Of a DNA stretch of 64,000 nt, positions 8,361-17,602 are shown in pieces. How positions within the stretch are numbered: position 1 is the first letter of the stretch; every line of letters starts with the position of its first letter. The notes under the pieces were generated by a model that saw only the letters and a list, made by a program, of their open reading frames with translations, was not told the DNA's origin and ran no database searches. A program made the position numbers and the translations under genes. Location: positions 25,514 to 89,513 of the forward strand of contig CALXZP010000014.1 of the NCBI GenBank assembly GCA_944393255.1, read 5' to 3'. The DNA comes from an uncultured Clostridia bacterium (GTDB lineage: Bacteria > Bacillota > Clostridia > UBA1381).

Positions 8361-8641
8361 TTTTAAACCTCCTTTGCAAACGGGCGGTAATGATCCGGTA
8401 CCCCGTAAAATATCTGCACAGCGCCGAAAAGAAGCTTTACGGACGACCGCACGATTCACATAATACTATACTATTATATCATGTTTTCTGGATTTTTCAA
8501 GTCTTTTTTAAATTTTTTTTTAAATTTTGAAAAATCACTGTACTAATGCGTATTTTTTTGGTATACTAAAGATGGATTGCAGCGCTCGTAAGGGGGCTGG
8601 GATAAATGACTGAAAAAAACGGCGCGGTTTAAGGATGATAT

Positions 8642-9904
8642 ATGGAAAACAGTACAGAAAACAAGGAAAAAGTTATAATTGCCGGACTGCATACCGGCAG
8701 CAGGGATATATTGAACGATACGACGGATGAATCGATGCGCGAGCTTGAGGAACTGGTAAAGACGGCGGGGGGCGAGGTCGTCTGCGAGACGGTGCAGAAC
8801 CGGCCGTATCCCGATCCTGGGACATATATCGGAACGGGCAAGCTTGAAGAGATCAGGCAGGCGGTGGAAACTCTCGGGGCGGAGCTGGTTGTTTTTGACG
8901 ACGAGCTGTCGCCCGTACAGCTGAGGAATATAAACGAATATCTCGGTGTGCGCGTTCTTGACAGGTCTATGCTCATTCTGGATATATTCGCAATGCGCGC
9001 ACGGTCCGGCGAAGGAAAGCTGCAGGTAGAGCTTGCACAGCTGAAGTATCAGCTGCCGAGACTGCGCGGTATGGGCATAGAGTTGAGCCGAACGGGCGGA
9101 GGCATCGGCACGCGCGGCCCGGGAGAGACGAAGCTTGAGACCGACCGCCGCCATATACGCACGAGGATCGCGGCGCTTGAAGAGGATATCAGGGAGATCA
9201 AGAAACGGCGCGGTCTGCTCCGCAGCCGACGCAGAAAGGACGGCGTGATCACCTGCGCCATAGTGGGCTATACGAACGCCGGAAAATCCACTCTGCTAAA
9301 CAGGCTCACGGACGCGGGGGTGTTTGCTGAGAACAAGCTCTTTGCAACGCTCGACACGACCTCTCGGGCGATCACTCTTGCCGACAGCCGGAGGATACTG
9401 ATGATAGATACGGTAGGCTTTATAAGAAAGCTGCCGCATTATCTCATAGAGGCGTTCAAATCGACGCTTGAAGAGGCGGCTGAGGCGGATATGCTGCTAC
9501 ACGTTATAGACGCGGCGGGAGAGGAGACCGGGAATAAGATCGAGGTCGTTGAAAATGTCCTCTCGGAGATAGGCGCAGGCGGAAAGCCGACGGTAAATGT
9601 ATATAATAAATGCGACCTGGCTCCGGGTTTTGTTCCTGAGCCGGACGAAGCCGGCTCGCAGAGCGTATTTATAAGCGCTAAGACCGGAGCCGGCATGGAT
9701 GAGCTACTTGAAGCCGTTGCCAAGACAGCCCCCGGTGCAAAGCTTGAATATAGGCTGTGCGTGCCGTATTCGGACGGGAGCGTGCTGAACGAGCTGCACA
9801 CGAATGAAAAGGTCCTCGAGGAAAAATACACGGGATCCGGAACTGAGCTTAGGGTACTTCTGGACAGGGCTGCATACGGAAGGCTGAAAAAGTATATAGT
9901 ATAA
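8642..9904 (+). CDS. hflX: GTPase HflX
   Basis: HflX N-domain, then G-domain motifs GYTNAGKST and DTVGF and an NKCD motif. Confidence 0.9.
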   Translation: MENSTENKEKVIIAGLHTGSRDILNDTTDESMRELEELVKTAGGEVVCETVQNRPYPDPGTYIGTGKLEEIRQAVETLGAELVVFDDELSPVQLRNINEYLGVRVLDRSMLILDIFAMRARSGEGKLQVELAQLKYQLPRLRGMGIELSRTGGGIGTRGPGETKLETDRRHIRTRIAALEEDIREIKKRRGLLRSRRRKDGVITCAIVGYTNAGKSTLLNRLTDAGVFAENKLFATLDTTSRAITLADSRRILMIDTVGFIRKLPHYLIEAFKSTLEEAAEADMLLHVIDAAGEETGNKIEVVENVLSEIGAGGKPTVNVYNKCDLAPGFVPEPDEAGSQSVFISAKTGAGMDELLEAVAKTAPGAKLEYRLCVPYSDGSVLNELHTNEKVLEEKYTGSGTELRVLLDRAAYGRLKKYIV

Positions 9905-9918
9905 GTGGATGTGATGTA

Positions 9919-10569
9919 ATGTCAGTCAGGGATATTTATAAAACGGTCTCCGGCGAGGCCGAGGCGCTTATGGTCGAAAAGAAGTCGAAATTCTATTCGC
10001 ACGTAAAGCCGGTCGGCAATGAAGCGGACGCGCTGGAGTTTTTGAATAAGATACGTTCGGAGAACCGAAGCGCGACGCATAACGTATATGCGTATGTGAT
10101 AGATGAAAACAATATATTCAGGTATTCCGACGATGGGGAGCCGTCCGGGACGGCGGGAATGCCGGTGCTCGATACGATAAGGAAATCGGGCATAACGGAC
10201 GTCATAGTGGTGGTCACGCGGTATTTCGGCGGAACGCTGCTCGGCACGGGCGGTCTCGTCCATGCTTACGGAGCCTCGGCGCGTCAGGGGCTTGCCGAAG
10301 CGGGCGTTGTGATAAGGACGATGTGCGATATAGTTTCGGCGCGTGTTAGCTATGAGCTGGTCGGAAAGATGCAGCATAAGCTTGCATCCGGCGGGTATGC
10401 TCTGGAGGATACGGTATATGAAAACGATGTTACGTTTCTCATCTGTTCCCCCCGGGACAAAACGTCAAAGCTTATGGAGGAGCTGACGGATCTGACTAAC
10501 GGGAGGGCGATACTTAAGATAGCCGATCAGAAATATGTCAGCAGAAAGGATGAGGATTTTTATGGGTGA
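9919..10569 (+). CDS. yigZ: YigZ / IMPACT-family protein (UPF0029)
   Basis: KKSKF..ATHNVYAY..DDGEPSGTAG..VVVTRYFGG pattern. Confidence 0.8.
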   Translation: MSVRDIYKTVSGEAEALMVEKKSKFYSHVKPVGNEADALEFLNKIRSENRSATHNVYAYVIDENNIFRYSDDGEPSGTAGMPVLDTIRKSGITDVIVVVTRYFGGTLLGTGGLVHAYGASARQGLAEAGVVIRTMCDIVSARVSYELVGKMQHKLASGGYALEDTVYENDVTFLICSPRDKTSKLMEELTDLTNGRAILKIADQKYVSRKDEDFYG

Positions 10570-11206
10570 TAAAGGGAAAAAGAAGCATGCACTGCTAAAG
10601 ACGGTGGTCTGTATAGCAGCTGCGGCGGCGGCCGGAGCCGGAGGATTTTACGCGGGAAGAGCGTCGCAGACAAACAGTATGATGAATGCTCTGCCGAGGC
10701 TGGCTCACGATATGCAGGCCGAGGAGGATGCCGAGCGGACGGAAGCCGCGCAGACGGCCGTTCCGAATACGGAAACAGCGGAACCGGGTACATATATCGG
10801 TAAATCAAATATATCGGCTGCGGGCGAGGGAACATGGTCCACCGTTGACAGCAGCAATTACGATATAACCGGCGACGGTGTGAACGATATGATAACGCTT
10901 TATACCTCCGCAGAAGCCGACGACAAGGGCATATTATGGGATGATACCCAGAACTGGATACTTGAAGTCAGCGACGGAGAATCGGGGTATTATACTCTGC
11001 TGAACATGACTCTCAGCAACGGCGCCGTATATTATGAGGTGAGCGAGCTGAGCGGCGGAGAACGGTCGATGATAGTGTATATAACATCCGGAGCCGGTAC
11101 CGATATAACACAATACGTATTCGGCAGATCCGGATTTGAGGAGAAGGATATTTATTCGGCGGACGGGATCAACAGAGTGCATTCATCCATACCGTGGTAT
11201 AAATGA
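10562..11206 (+). CDS. Hypothetical membrane-anchored protein
   Basis: Basic N-terminus plus one TM helix (LLKTVVCIAAAAAAGAGGFY), then an extracytoplasmic domain with a DITGDGVNDMI motif. The start was chosen at ATG 10562. The ORF opens at 10535. Confidence 0.55.
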   Translation: MGDKGKKKHALLKTVVCIAAAAAAGAGGFYAGRASQTNSMMNALPRLAHDMQAEEDAERTEAAQTAVPNTETAEPGTYIGKSNISAAGEGTWSTVDSSNYDITGDGVNDMITLYTSAEADDKGILWDDTQNWILEVSDGESGYYTLLNMTLSNGAVYYEVSELSGGERSMIVYITSGAGTDITQYVFGRSGFEEKDIYSADGINRVHSSIPWYK

Positions 11207-11344
11207 ACGGGAGCCTGAAATGAATATCCTGTTAGCAGGGACTTGACAGTGTGCTCATCGGGTCTCGCGGGACAGAGCAGTAGCTGTAAAATGCGGCGGT
11301 ATTTTGCGGTTATATAAAAATATACAGAAACGGAGGATACAGTA

Positions 11345-11662
11345 ATGGAAAAAAATCTTACGGAAGCAATGTTTGAGGAAGAGGTGCTGAAGTCGGAGAT
11401 ACCGGTATTGGTGGATTTCTGGGCGCCATGGTGCGGGCCGTGCAGAATGGTAGGGCCGGTGATATCGGAGATAGCAGATGAATACGACGGCAAGATAAAG
11501 GTGTGTAAGGTAAATGTAGACGAGAACGGCTCGCTTGCCGCGCAGAATGATATCGTTTCGATACCTACCGTTATGCTGTTCGTGAACGGTAAAACGGCGG
11601 ATAAGCTCGTTGGAGCGAGATCGTTTGACGATTATGCGGATATGATAGAAAAATTCATTTAA
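11345..11662 (+). CDS. trxA: Thioredoxin
   Basis: 105 aa with a WCGPC active site. Confidence 0.95.
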   Translation: MEKNLTEAMFEEEVLKSEIPVLVDFWAPWCGPCRMVGPVISEIADEYDGKIKVCKVNVDENGSLAAQNDIVSIPTVMLFVNGKTADKLVGARSFDDYADMIEKFI

Positions 11663-11738
11663 AATGAAATAATATGCATATATTTATCGGTAAAAACAGC
11701 TTATCATTGTCGGTTTTGCCAAAAATACAGCAAGCATA

Positions 11739-11776
11739 TTGCATTATTATTCAGTTTGATGTATAATAATGCGTGT
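11739..11776 (+). promoter_or_regulatory. argD promoter overlapped by a pair of ARG-box-like sequences (ArgR/AhrC operator candidate)
   Basis: TTGCAT (11739-44), a 17-nt spacer, then TATAAT (11762-67). tgcattattattca (11740-53) is the reverse complement of TGAATAATAATGCA. tgtataataatgcg (11760-73) is a second copy in the opposite orientation. Both resemble the TGAATwwwwATTCA / AhrC box. Confidence 0.5.
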
Positions 11777-11857
11777 AAAAACGGGCTGTATCAAAACTCG
11801 TTGAGCTTTGATACAGCCTTAAAACATTGAAAAAATTAATTGATTTGAGGGATAGAA

Positions 11858-13051
11858 ATGCTTCGGGATATTATGGAGTTGGATAAAAAGTATTATATGA
11901 ATACCTTCGGCGACAGGCTGCCGGTATGCTTTGAAAGAGGCGACGGTTTAAAGCTTTATGCGGATAACGGCGATGTGTATTATGATTTTCTGGGCGGTAT
12001 TGCAGTGAATTCGCTCGGGCATTCGCATCCGGTATTTATAAATGTGCTTAAAAACCAGCTTGACAAGCTGATACATACATCAAGCCTCTACTATATAGAA
12101 AATCAGGCAAAGCTCGCGCAGAAGCTGGTCGAGAACAGCTGCGCGGACAAGGCGTTTTTGTGCAACAGCGGAGCCGAGGCGAACGAGGCCGCGTTCAAGC
12201 TCGCGAAGATATATTTTTATAAGAAAGGAATGGATAAATATGAGATAATATCGCTCGATCATTCCTTCCACGGCAGAACGCTGGCGACAGTTGCCGCGAC
12301 GGGGCAAAGACACTATCAGAAGCCGTACGAGCCGCTTACGCCGGGATTCAGGCAGGTAACGCCGAACAGCTTCGAGGCTGTAAAGGAGGCCGTTACGGAT
12401 AAAACGGCGGCGGTCATGATAGAGCTTGTTCAGGGAGAATCGGGAGTGCATCCTATGGATATTGAATATGCGAGGAATCTTCGCCGTTTCTGTGACGAAA
12501 AGGGGATACTGCTTATCGTTGACGAGGTGCAGACCGGAATGGGCAGGCTGGGCAGGCTGTTTGCGCACGAGCTATATGGCATAGAACCGGATATATTCAC
12601 CTGTGCAAAAGCTCTTGGCGGCGGAGTGCCGATAGGAGCAATGTGCGCAAAGGCAGCTGCAGCTGCGGCGTTTGAGCCGGGAGATCACGGAACTACATTC
12701 GGGGGCAACCCGTTTGCATCGGCGGCAGGACTTGCCGTGTTTGATATATACGAAAAGGAAGGTCTTGTTGAAAATGCGGCCAAACAGGGAAAATATTTAA
12801 AGGATAAGCTTTCGGTCATAGCTGCAAAGCACAGCGATAAGATCACCGAGGTGCGCGGCATGGGACTGCTCATAGGGATAGAGCTGAGACCGGAGCAGGC
12901 TTCCGATGTTTTTAAGGGACTGTTTGAGAAGAAGTTCCTGACAAGCCTGTGCAAGGGGATCACGATAAGGATAGCGCCGCCGCTCAATATAACGGCGGAG
13001 GAAGCGGATATGTTTGCAGATGCGCTTGACTCCGTTTTGACGGAGCTTTAA
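11858..13051 (+). CDS. argD: Acetylornithine aminotransferase
   Basis: Class-III PLP aminotransferase (DEVQTG, CAKALGGG), next to argF. Confidence 0.85.
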   Translation: MLRDIMELDKKYYMNTFGDRLPVCFERGDGLKLYADNGDVYYDFLGGIAVNSLGHSHPVFINVLKNQLDKLIHTSSLYYIENQAKLAQKLVENSCADKAFLCNSGAEANEAAFKLAKIYFYKKGMDKYEIISLDHSFHGRTLATVAATGQRHYQKPYEPLTPGFRQVTPNSFEAVKEAVTDKTAAVMIELVQGESGVHPMDIEYARNLRRFCDEKGILLIVDEVQTGMGRLGRLFAHELYGIEPDIFTCAKALGGGVPIGAMCAKAAAAAAFEPGDHGTTFGGNPFASAAGLAVFDIYEKEGLVENAAKQGKYLKDKLSVIAAKHSDKITEVRGMGLLIGIELRPEQASDVFKGLFEKKFLTSLCKGITIRIAPPLNITAEEADMFADALDSVLTEL

Positions 13052-13090
13052 GGATAGTCAGAATAATTATATACGAAAGGAATACGGAAA

Positions 13091-14014
13091 ATGAAAGATC
13101 TGATAAGTTTACATGATTTAACATCAAATGAGATAAAGGGACTTTTAAGTCTTGGGCTGAAGCTTAAAAAGGAGCTTAAAGAGGGTGTTCCCCATCCTAT
13201 ACTCAAGGGCAAGACGCTCGGAATGATATTCACAAAATCATCTACAAGAACGCGTGTTTCGTTCGAGGTGGGTATGACGCAGCTCGGCGGTTATCCGCTC
13301 TTTCTGTCGTCGAACGATATACAGCTCGGCAGGGGCGAAACGATACATGATACGGCAAAGGTACTCGAAAGATATCTTGACGGTATAATGATACGCACCT
13401 ATGCCCATTCGGACGTTCTGGAACTGGCCGAGGAGGCGAACATACCGGTAATAAACGCGCTTACAGACCTTCTGCATCCGTGCCAGGTGCTGGCCGATCT
13501 CATGACGGCATATGAGCATAAAGGAAGGCTTGAGGGGTTGAAATTTGCCTATATCGGCGACGGAAACAATATGGCTCATTCTATCATGTACGGCTGTGCA
13601 AAGACCGGGATCGACTGCGCGATAGCTACCCCGGCAGGCTACCGCTGTGATGAGGAGGTAGTTGAAAATGCGAAGGCTGATTTCAAGGCGGGCGGTTCAT
13701 CGCTGCTTATTACAGAAGACCCCGTTGAGGCGATAAAAGGTGCAGATATCGTATATACCGACACGTGGGTATCGATGGGTATGGAAGACGAAAAGGAGGA
13801 GCGGCTTAAGATATTCATGCCGTACCAGGTGAACAAGGAGCTGTTTGCGAATGCGGCCGAGGACGCGCTGTTCATGCACTGTCTGCCGGCATACCGCGGC
13901 TTTGAGGTGACGGAGGATGTTATAGACGGACCTCAGAGTGTTATATTCGACGAGGCTGAGAACAGGCTTCATGCTCAGAAAGCGGTAATGGCAACGCTTA
14001 TGGCGGATAAATAA
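13091..14014 (+). CDS. argF: Ornithine carbamoyltransferase
   Basis: STRTRVSFE, HPCQ and HCLPA motifs. Confidence 0.9.
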   Translation: MKDLISLHDLTSNEIKGLLSLGLKLKKELKEGVPHPILKGKTLGMIFTKSSTRTRVSFEVGMTQLGGYPLFLSSNDIQLGRGETIHDTAKVLERYLDGIMIRTYAHSDVLELAEEANIPVINALTDLLHPCQVLADLMTAYEHKGRLEGLKFAYIGDGNNMAHSIMYGCAKTGIDCAIATPAGYRCDEEVVENAKADFKAGGSSLLITEDPVEAIKGADIVYTDTWVSMGMEDEKEERLKIFMPYQVNKELFANAAEDALFMHCLPAYRGFEVTEDVIDGPQSVIFDEAENRLHAQKAVMATLMADK

Positions 14015-14041
14015 AGACCCTGTATGCTGAGGAGGGGTGGT

Positions 14042-14524
14042 ATGCTCAGTGATTATCAATCGCTGTTTCAGATACGTCTTGCGAATTATGATGATATAGA
14101 GTCTATCATGAGCATAACACGCGAGGCATTCTGCAAATACAAGGAGCTTGCGGGGATCGAAAAGGTGGACGCGCTCGATGAGACCTATGACGACGTAAGA
14201 CATGATATAGATACGAAGATAGTTCTGATAGCCTTTTCCGACAGAGAGCCGGTGGGCAGTGTACGGGTGGAAATACTGCCCGACCGTACCGCGCTGTTAA
14301 CGCGTTTTGCGGTAAAGGTCACGAGCCAGAATAACGGGATAGGCAAATCTATAATGAACCTGGTCGATAGGATAATGATCAAAAAGGACGTCAGCAGGAT
14401 ACAGCTCTATACAGGATCAAAGATAACGTCGCTCATACGTTTTTATTACGGGCGCGGATTTTACATAGAATCGACCGATACCTCGAGAGGATATGTACGC
14501 GCCAAGCTTGTAAAGGAATATTGA
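14042..14524 (+). CDS. GNAT-family N-acetyltransferase
   Basis: About 160 aa with a GNAT-like core (RFAV..QNNGIGKSIM). GGAGG SD sequence before ATG 14042. Starts 27 nt after the argF stop. Confidence 0.75.
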   Translation: MLSDYQSLFQIRLANYDDIESIMSITREAFCKYKELAGIEKVDALDETYDDVRHDIDTKIVLIAFSDREPVGSVRVEILPDRTALLTRFAVKVTSQNNGIGKSIMNLVDRIMIKKDVSRIQLYTGSKITSLIRFYYGRGFYIESTDTSRGYVRAKLVKEY

Positions 14525-14549
14525 CAATGCGGCCGTCATATGATATAAT
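14521..14549 (+). promoter_or_regulatory. Consensus sigma-A promoter for mntP
   Basis: TTGACA (14521-26), a 17-nt spacer, then TATAAT (14544-49). Confidence 0.65.
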
Positions 14550-14606
14550 TGTCTCTATGCGGTAATTACGGGGCTTTTGCCCTCAGATCGGTATTTGGAG
14601 GAAAGT

Positions 14607-15182
14607 ATGGGGATAATAGAGCTTATTTTGATAGCGGTGGGTCTGTCGATGGACGCCTTTGCGGTTTCGGTATGCAAGGGGCTGGCGATGAATAAGACCG
14701 GTATAAAGGAGCCGTGCATAGTCGGAGCGTGGTTCGGAGGCTTTCAGGCGCTTATGCCGGCTATAGGGTATTTTCTCGGCGCGGCGTTTGAGAAATATAT
14801 AACGCCGGTGGATCATTGGGTAGCGTTCATTCTGCTCGGTCTGATAGGCGCGGGTATGATAAAGGAAGCGCTTTCTAAGGATGATGAGGAAACGGATGAT
14901 TCGCTCGGGATCAAGGGTATGTTTATCATGGCGGTTGCTACGAGCATAGATGCGCTGGCAGTAGGCATAACGTTCGCATTCCTTATAGAAGGCGCCGGAC
15001 GGCTAATATTTGCGTTTGCGGCGATAGGCGTTACAACGTTTATCCTGTCTGCGGCAGGTGTAAAGGCCGGGAACATATTCGGAGTTAAATATAAGTCCAA
15101 GGCGGAGCTGGCCGGAGGCGTGATCCTGATCCTGCTCGGCCTAAAGATACTCCTTGAGCATTTAGGAATAATAAGTATTTAA
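14607..15182 (+). CDS. mntP: Manganese efflux pump MntP
   Basis: Six-TM protein with duplicated [10 protein letters not shown] / [10 protein letters not shown] motifs. GGAGG SD sequence before ATG 14607. Confidence 0.85.
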   Translation: MGIIELILIAVGLSMDAFAVSVCKGLAMNKTGIKEPCIVGAWFGGFQALMPAIGYFLGAAFEKYITPVDHWVAFILLGLIGAGMIKEALSKDDEETDDSLGIKGMFIMAVATSIDALAVGITFAFLIEGAGRLIFAFAAIGVTTFILSAAGVKAGNIFGVKYKSKAELAGGVILILLGLKILLEHLGIISI

Positions 15183-15315
15183 AAAGTTATACAATAAAAT
15201 TAATATTGTTTTTGGTTAAACGGCAAGGCTAACGCTGCGCCGTTTTATTTTTTTGTGTGAAAATTTACCCGGTTTAGCATGTAATAATAAAATTTGAGAA
15301 ATTTTTAAACAAGCA

Positions 15316-15367
15316 TTGACAAAATCAAATCAGTATAGTATAATGTATTCAGTCTATAGTTATAGAC
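15316..15367 (+). promoter_or_regulatory. Consensus promoter plus a perfect 16-bp palindrome (candidate BlaI-family operator)
   Basis: TTGACA (15316-21), a 17-nt spacer, then TATAAT (15339-44). Next comes GTCTATAGTTATAGAC (15352-67), which has the same 4-2-4 core geometry as the TACAnnTGTA boxes of CopY/BlaI repressors. Confidence 0.55.
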
Positions 15368-15384
15368 CGAAAGGAGGTGTTATA

Positions 15385-15747
15385 ATGGAAGATTTAAAGC
15401 TATGTACAAGCGATTACAAGTTTATGTGTATTGTCTGGGATAATGAGCCAATAAAATCAGGCGAACTTGTGAAAGAATGTCTTAAGGTATTAGGCTGGAA
15501 AAAATCTACTACTTACACAATGGTAAAAAAGCTTTCTGAAAAAGGTTATTTGCAAAACGAAAACAGCGTTGTCAGATCTCTGATACCGAAACAAGCTGTG
15601 CAGGCTTTTGAAAGCGGATATGTTGTTGATAATACCTTTGAAGGATCGCTGCCGGCGTTTATAGCTGCATTTATGAATAGCAGAAACATGACAGAAAGAG
15701 AAGCGGAGGAGATCAAACGGCTGATAGACAGCCATTTGGAGGGGTAA
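15385..15747 (+). CDS. BlaI/MecI/CopY-family transcriptional repressor
   Basis: 120-aa winged-helix protein (MEDLKL..SDYKFMCIVWD..STTYTMVKKLSEKGYL). AAAGGAGG SD sequence. Sits directly upstream of an M56 protein gene. Confidence 0.85.
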   Translation: MEDLKLCTSDYKFMCIVWDNEPIKSGELVKECLKVLGWKKSTTYTMVKKLSEKGYLQNENSVVRSLIPKQAVQAFESGYVVDNTFEGSLPAFIAAFMNSRNMTEREAEEIKRLIDSHLEG

Positions 15748-15751
15748 AGTT

Positions 15752-17575
15752 ATGTTATATAATATATTTTATGCGATCCTGAAAATGAGCTGTACTGCAT
15801 CAGTTATCGCTGTACCGTTATTATCTGCTAAATACATTTTTCAAAAGCTGGGCTGTCCGCGAAAGATTTTGTTTTTGTTGTGGGCTGTCGTTGCATTTCG
15901 GCTAGTATTTCCTGTTTCCGTTTCAACAGATATCAGCGTGTTTAATGCAGTACCGATATTCGAAAAACAGGATAATGAGACCGAACTGCAAGTGAAAGAA
16001 GCTGAAAGCAGTGATATCGGCACGGTATTGCACGAGCGTATACCAAACGAAAAAAATCATAGCCGCGGACATATAAAAGCGCCTGACAAGATCGGATACA
16101 CAAGGGTGCTCTTATCATCAGCTTGGTTATCAGGCGCGGGAATAATGATCATAATCGGCGCTGTTTCTTTTATCAAAGTAAAAAGGCGGCTTCGTTTTGC
16201 GGTAAAGCTGAAAGAAAATGTTTATACCGCCGAAAATATACCTACATCTTTTGTTTTTGGGATATTCAAGCCTAAAATATTTATTCCGGAAAACACAGAG
16301 AATGGGGATATAGAAAATATTATAATGCACGAAAAAATGCATATTAAAAGAGCTGACCATATCACAAAAATAATAGCATATATACTTTTATCGGTATATT
16401 GGTTTGACCCGTTGATTTGGGTAATGTTCAATATTTTTTCAAACGATATGGAGTTTGCATGCGATGAAGATGTTATAAAAGAGATAGGTATTGAAAATAA
16501 AAAGCAATATCTGAACACTATCCTTGTATCTGCGCTGCATAAACAAAAGTCGGTTTTGATGTACAACGTATGCTTTTCAGCCAAACGTATAAAACGGAGA
16601 GTAAAAAATATAATTAAGCTGAAGCAGCATCCGAAAGGAGCAGTCATTACCGGTGTTATGCTTTGTTTTCTGTCGGCTGCGATATTCGGAACAAACGCGG
16701 CAGAATATAATGAGGAGAGGGATGCTGCAGCGCTGCCGACGATCATCCCTCCTTATACAGGTACAAATAGTGCGGACAATGAAGGGTATTCTGAAAAAAC
16801 GGAAGAACATGATAATTTGGAAATGGGATCTGCATCTCAGCAGGAAACAGAGACCGAGGATATACCGGCTTTGGCGGTGGAAAACCGTGAGGATATTGCC
16901 GCCGAGGCGTTGAGTATGCAGGAAGCACGGGAGGAAAATGCGGCAGCCTTGGCTGGTTCAAGCGATACTCCGAACGGAAAAGTAAGAGAATTAATTGCTG
17001 CCGATATACCAATGAAAGAATCACAAACAGAAAGTATGGATGATTTAGTGTATGCAAACGATTCCGAAAAAGAGGAGGCGGACGTTACTCTCGTTCCTGT
17101 TCATCAAGAACAATTAACTGAGACTGAAAAAAAAGAGGTTTCTGACAGTGTGCAAGGAGAAGATATAGACCTTATACATACTGTATTGGGAGATGATATA
17201 ACTATTTCAAGTATAGAGCAGAATCTAAACGATAGAGGAATAACAGCGGCAAGTAAAAACAATACTGTAGTGGGAGATAATTACATTATAAGAAATTACA
17301 GTTATGAAAACGGCTGTCATGACAGTATCTCTAATGTTTCATGCGGTAAAGACGGAAATATGTCTTTGTATTTTGATATCAACGCAGAAAATCTTGTCGA
17401 TGTGATATTTACAGACTCTGTAACAAAAGAGGTCACCGCTCAATTTGGAATTCTTGCAAATGATGTTAATTTATATTCTTTTATAGGATTAGATGAGGAA
17501 AAAACTTATGACGTAACTGTACAGGGAAGAACGAATGACACTTGGAAGGTCGAAGGACAATACATTATCTATTAA
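15752..17575 (+). CDS. BlaR1/MecR1-like M56 metallopeptidase signal transducer with a non-PBP C-terminal domain
   Basis: N-terminal TM helices and an HEKMH (HExxH) motif. A long acidic linker follows, then a beta-rich domain of about 110 aa. I see no SxxK/KTG penicillin-binding motifs. Confidence 0.8.
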   Translation: MLYNIFYAILKMSCTASVIAVPLLSAKYIFQKLGCPRKILFLLWAVVAFRLVFPVSVSTDISVFNAVPIFEKQDNETELQVKEAESSDIGTVLHERIPNEKNHSRGHIKAPDKIGYTRVLLSSAWLSGAGIMIIIGAVSFIKVKRRLRFAVKLKENVYTAENIPTSFVFGIFKPKIFIPENTENGDIENIIMHEKMHIKRADHITKIIAYILLSVYWFDPLIWVMFNIFSNDMEFACDEDVIKEIGIENKKQYLNTILVSALHKQKSVLMYNVCFSAKRIKRRVKNIIKLKQHPKGAVITGVMLCFLSAAIFGTNAAEYNEERDAAALPTIIPPYTGTNSADNEGYSEKTEEHDNLEMGSASQQETETEDIPALAVENREDIAAEALSMQEAREENAAALAGSSDTPNGKVRELIAADIPMKESQTESMDDLVYANDSEKEEADVTLVPVHQEQLTETEKKEVSDSVQGEDIDLIHTVLGDDITISSIEQNLNDRGITAASKNNTVVGDNYIIRNYSYENGCHDSISNVSCGKDGNMSLYFDINAENLVDVIFTDSVTKEVTAQFGILANDVNLYSFIGLDEEKTYDVTVQGRTNDTWKVEGQYIIY

Positions 17576-17602
17576 TAAGAATATCATGTAGGGAGGTATA
17601 AT

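Noticed and set aside
14525-14606. Possible yybP-ykoY (Mn2+) riboswitch upstream of mntP.
   Set aside because: The transcript from the consensus promoter has only about 55 nt before the start codon. It lacks the conserved four-helix architecture and GGGGAGUAG-type sequence, so it is too short.
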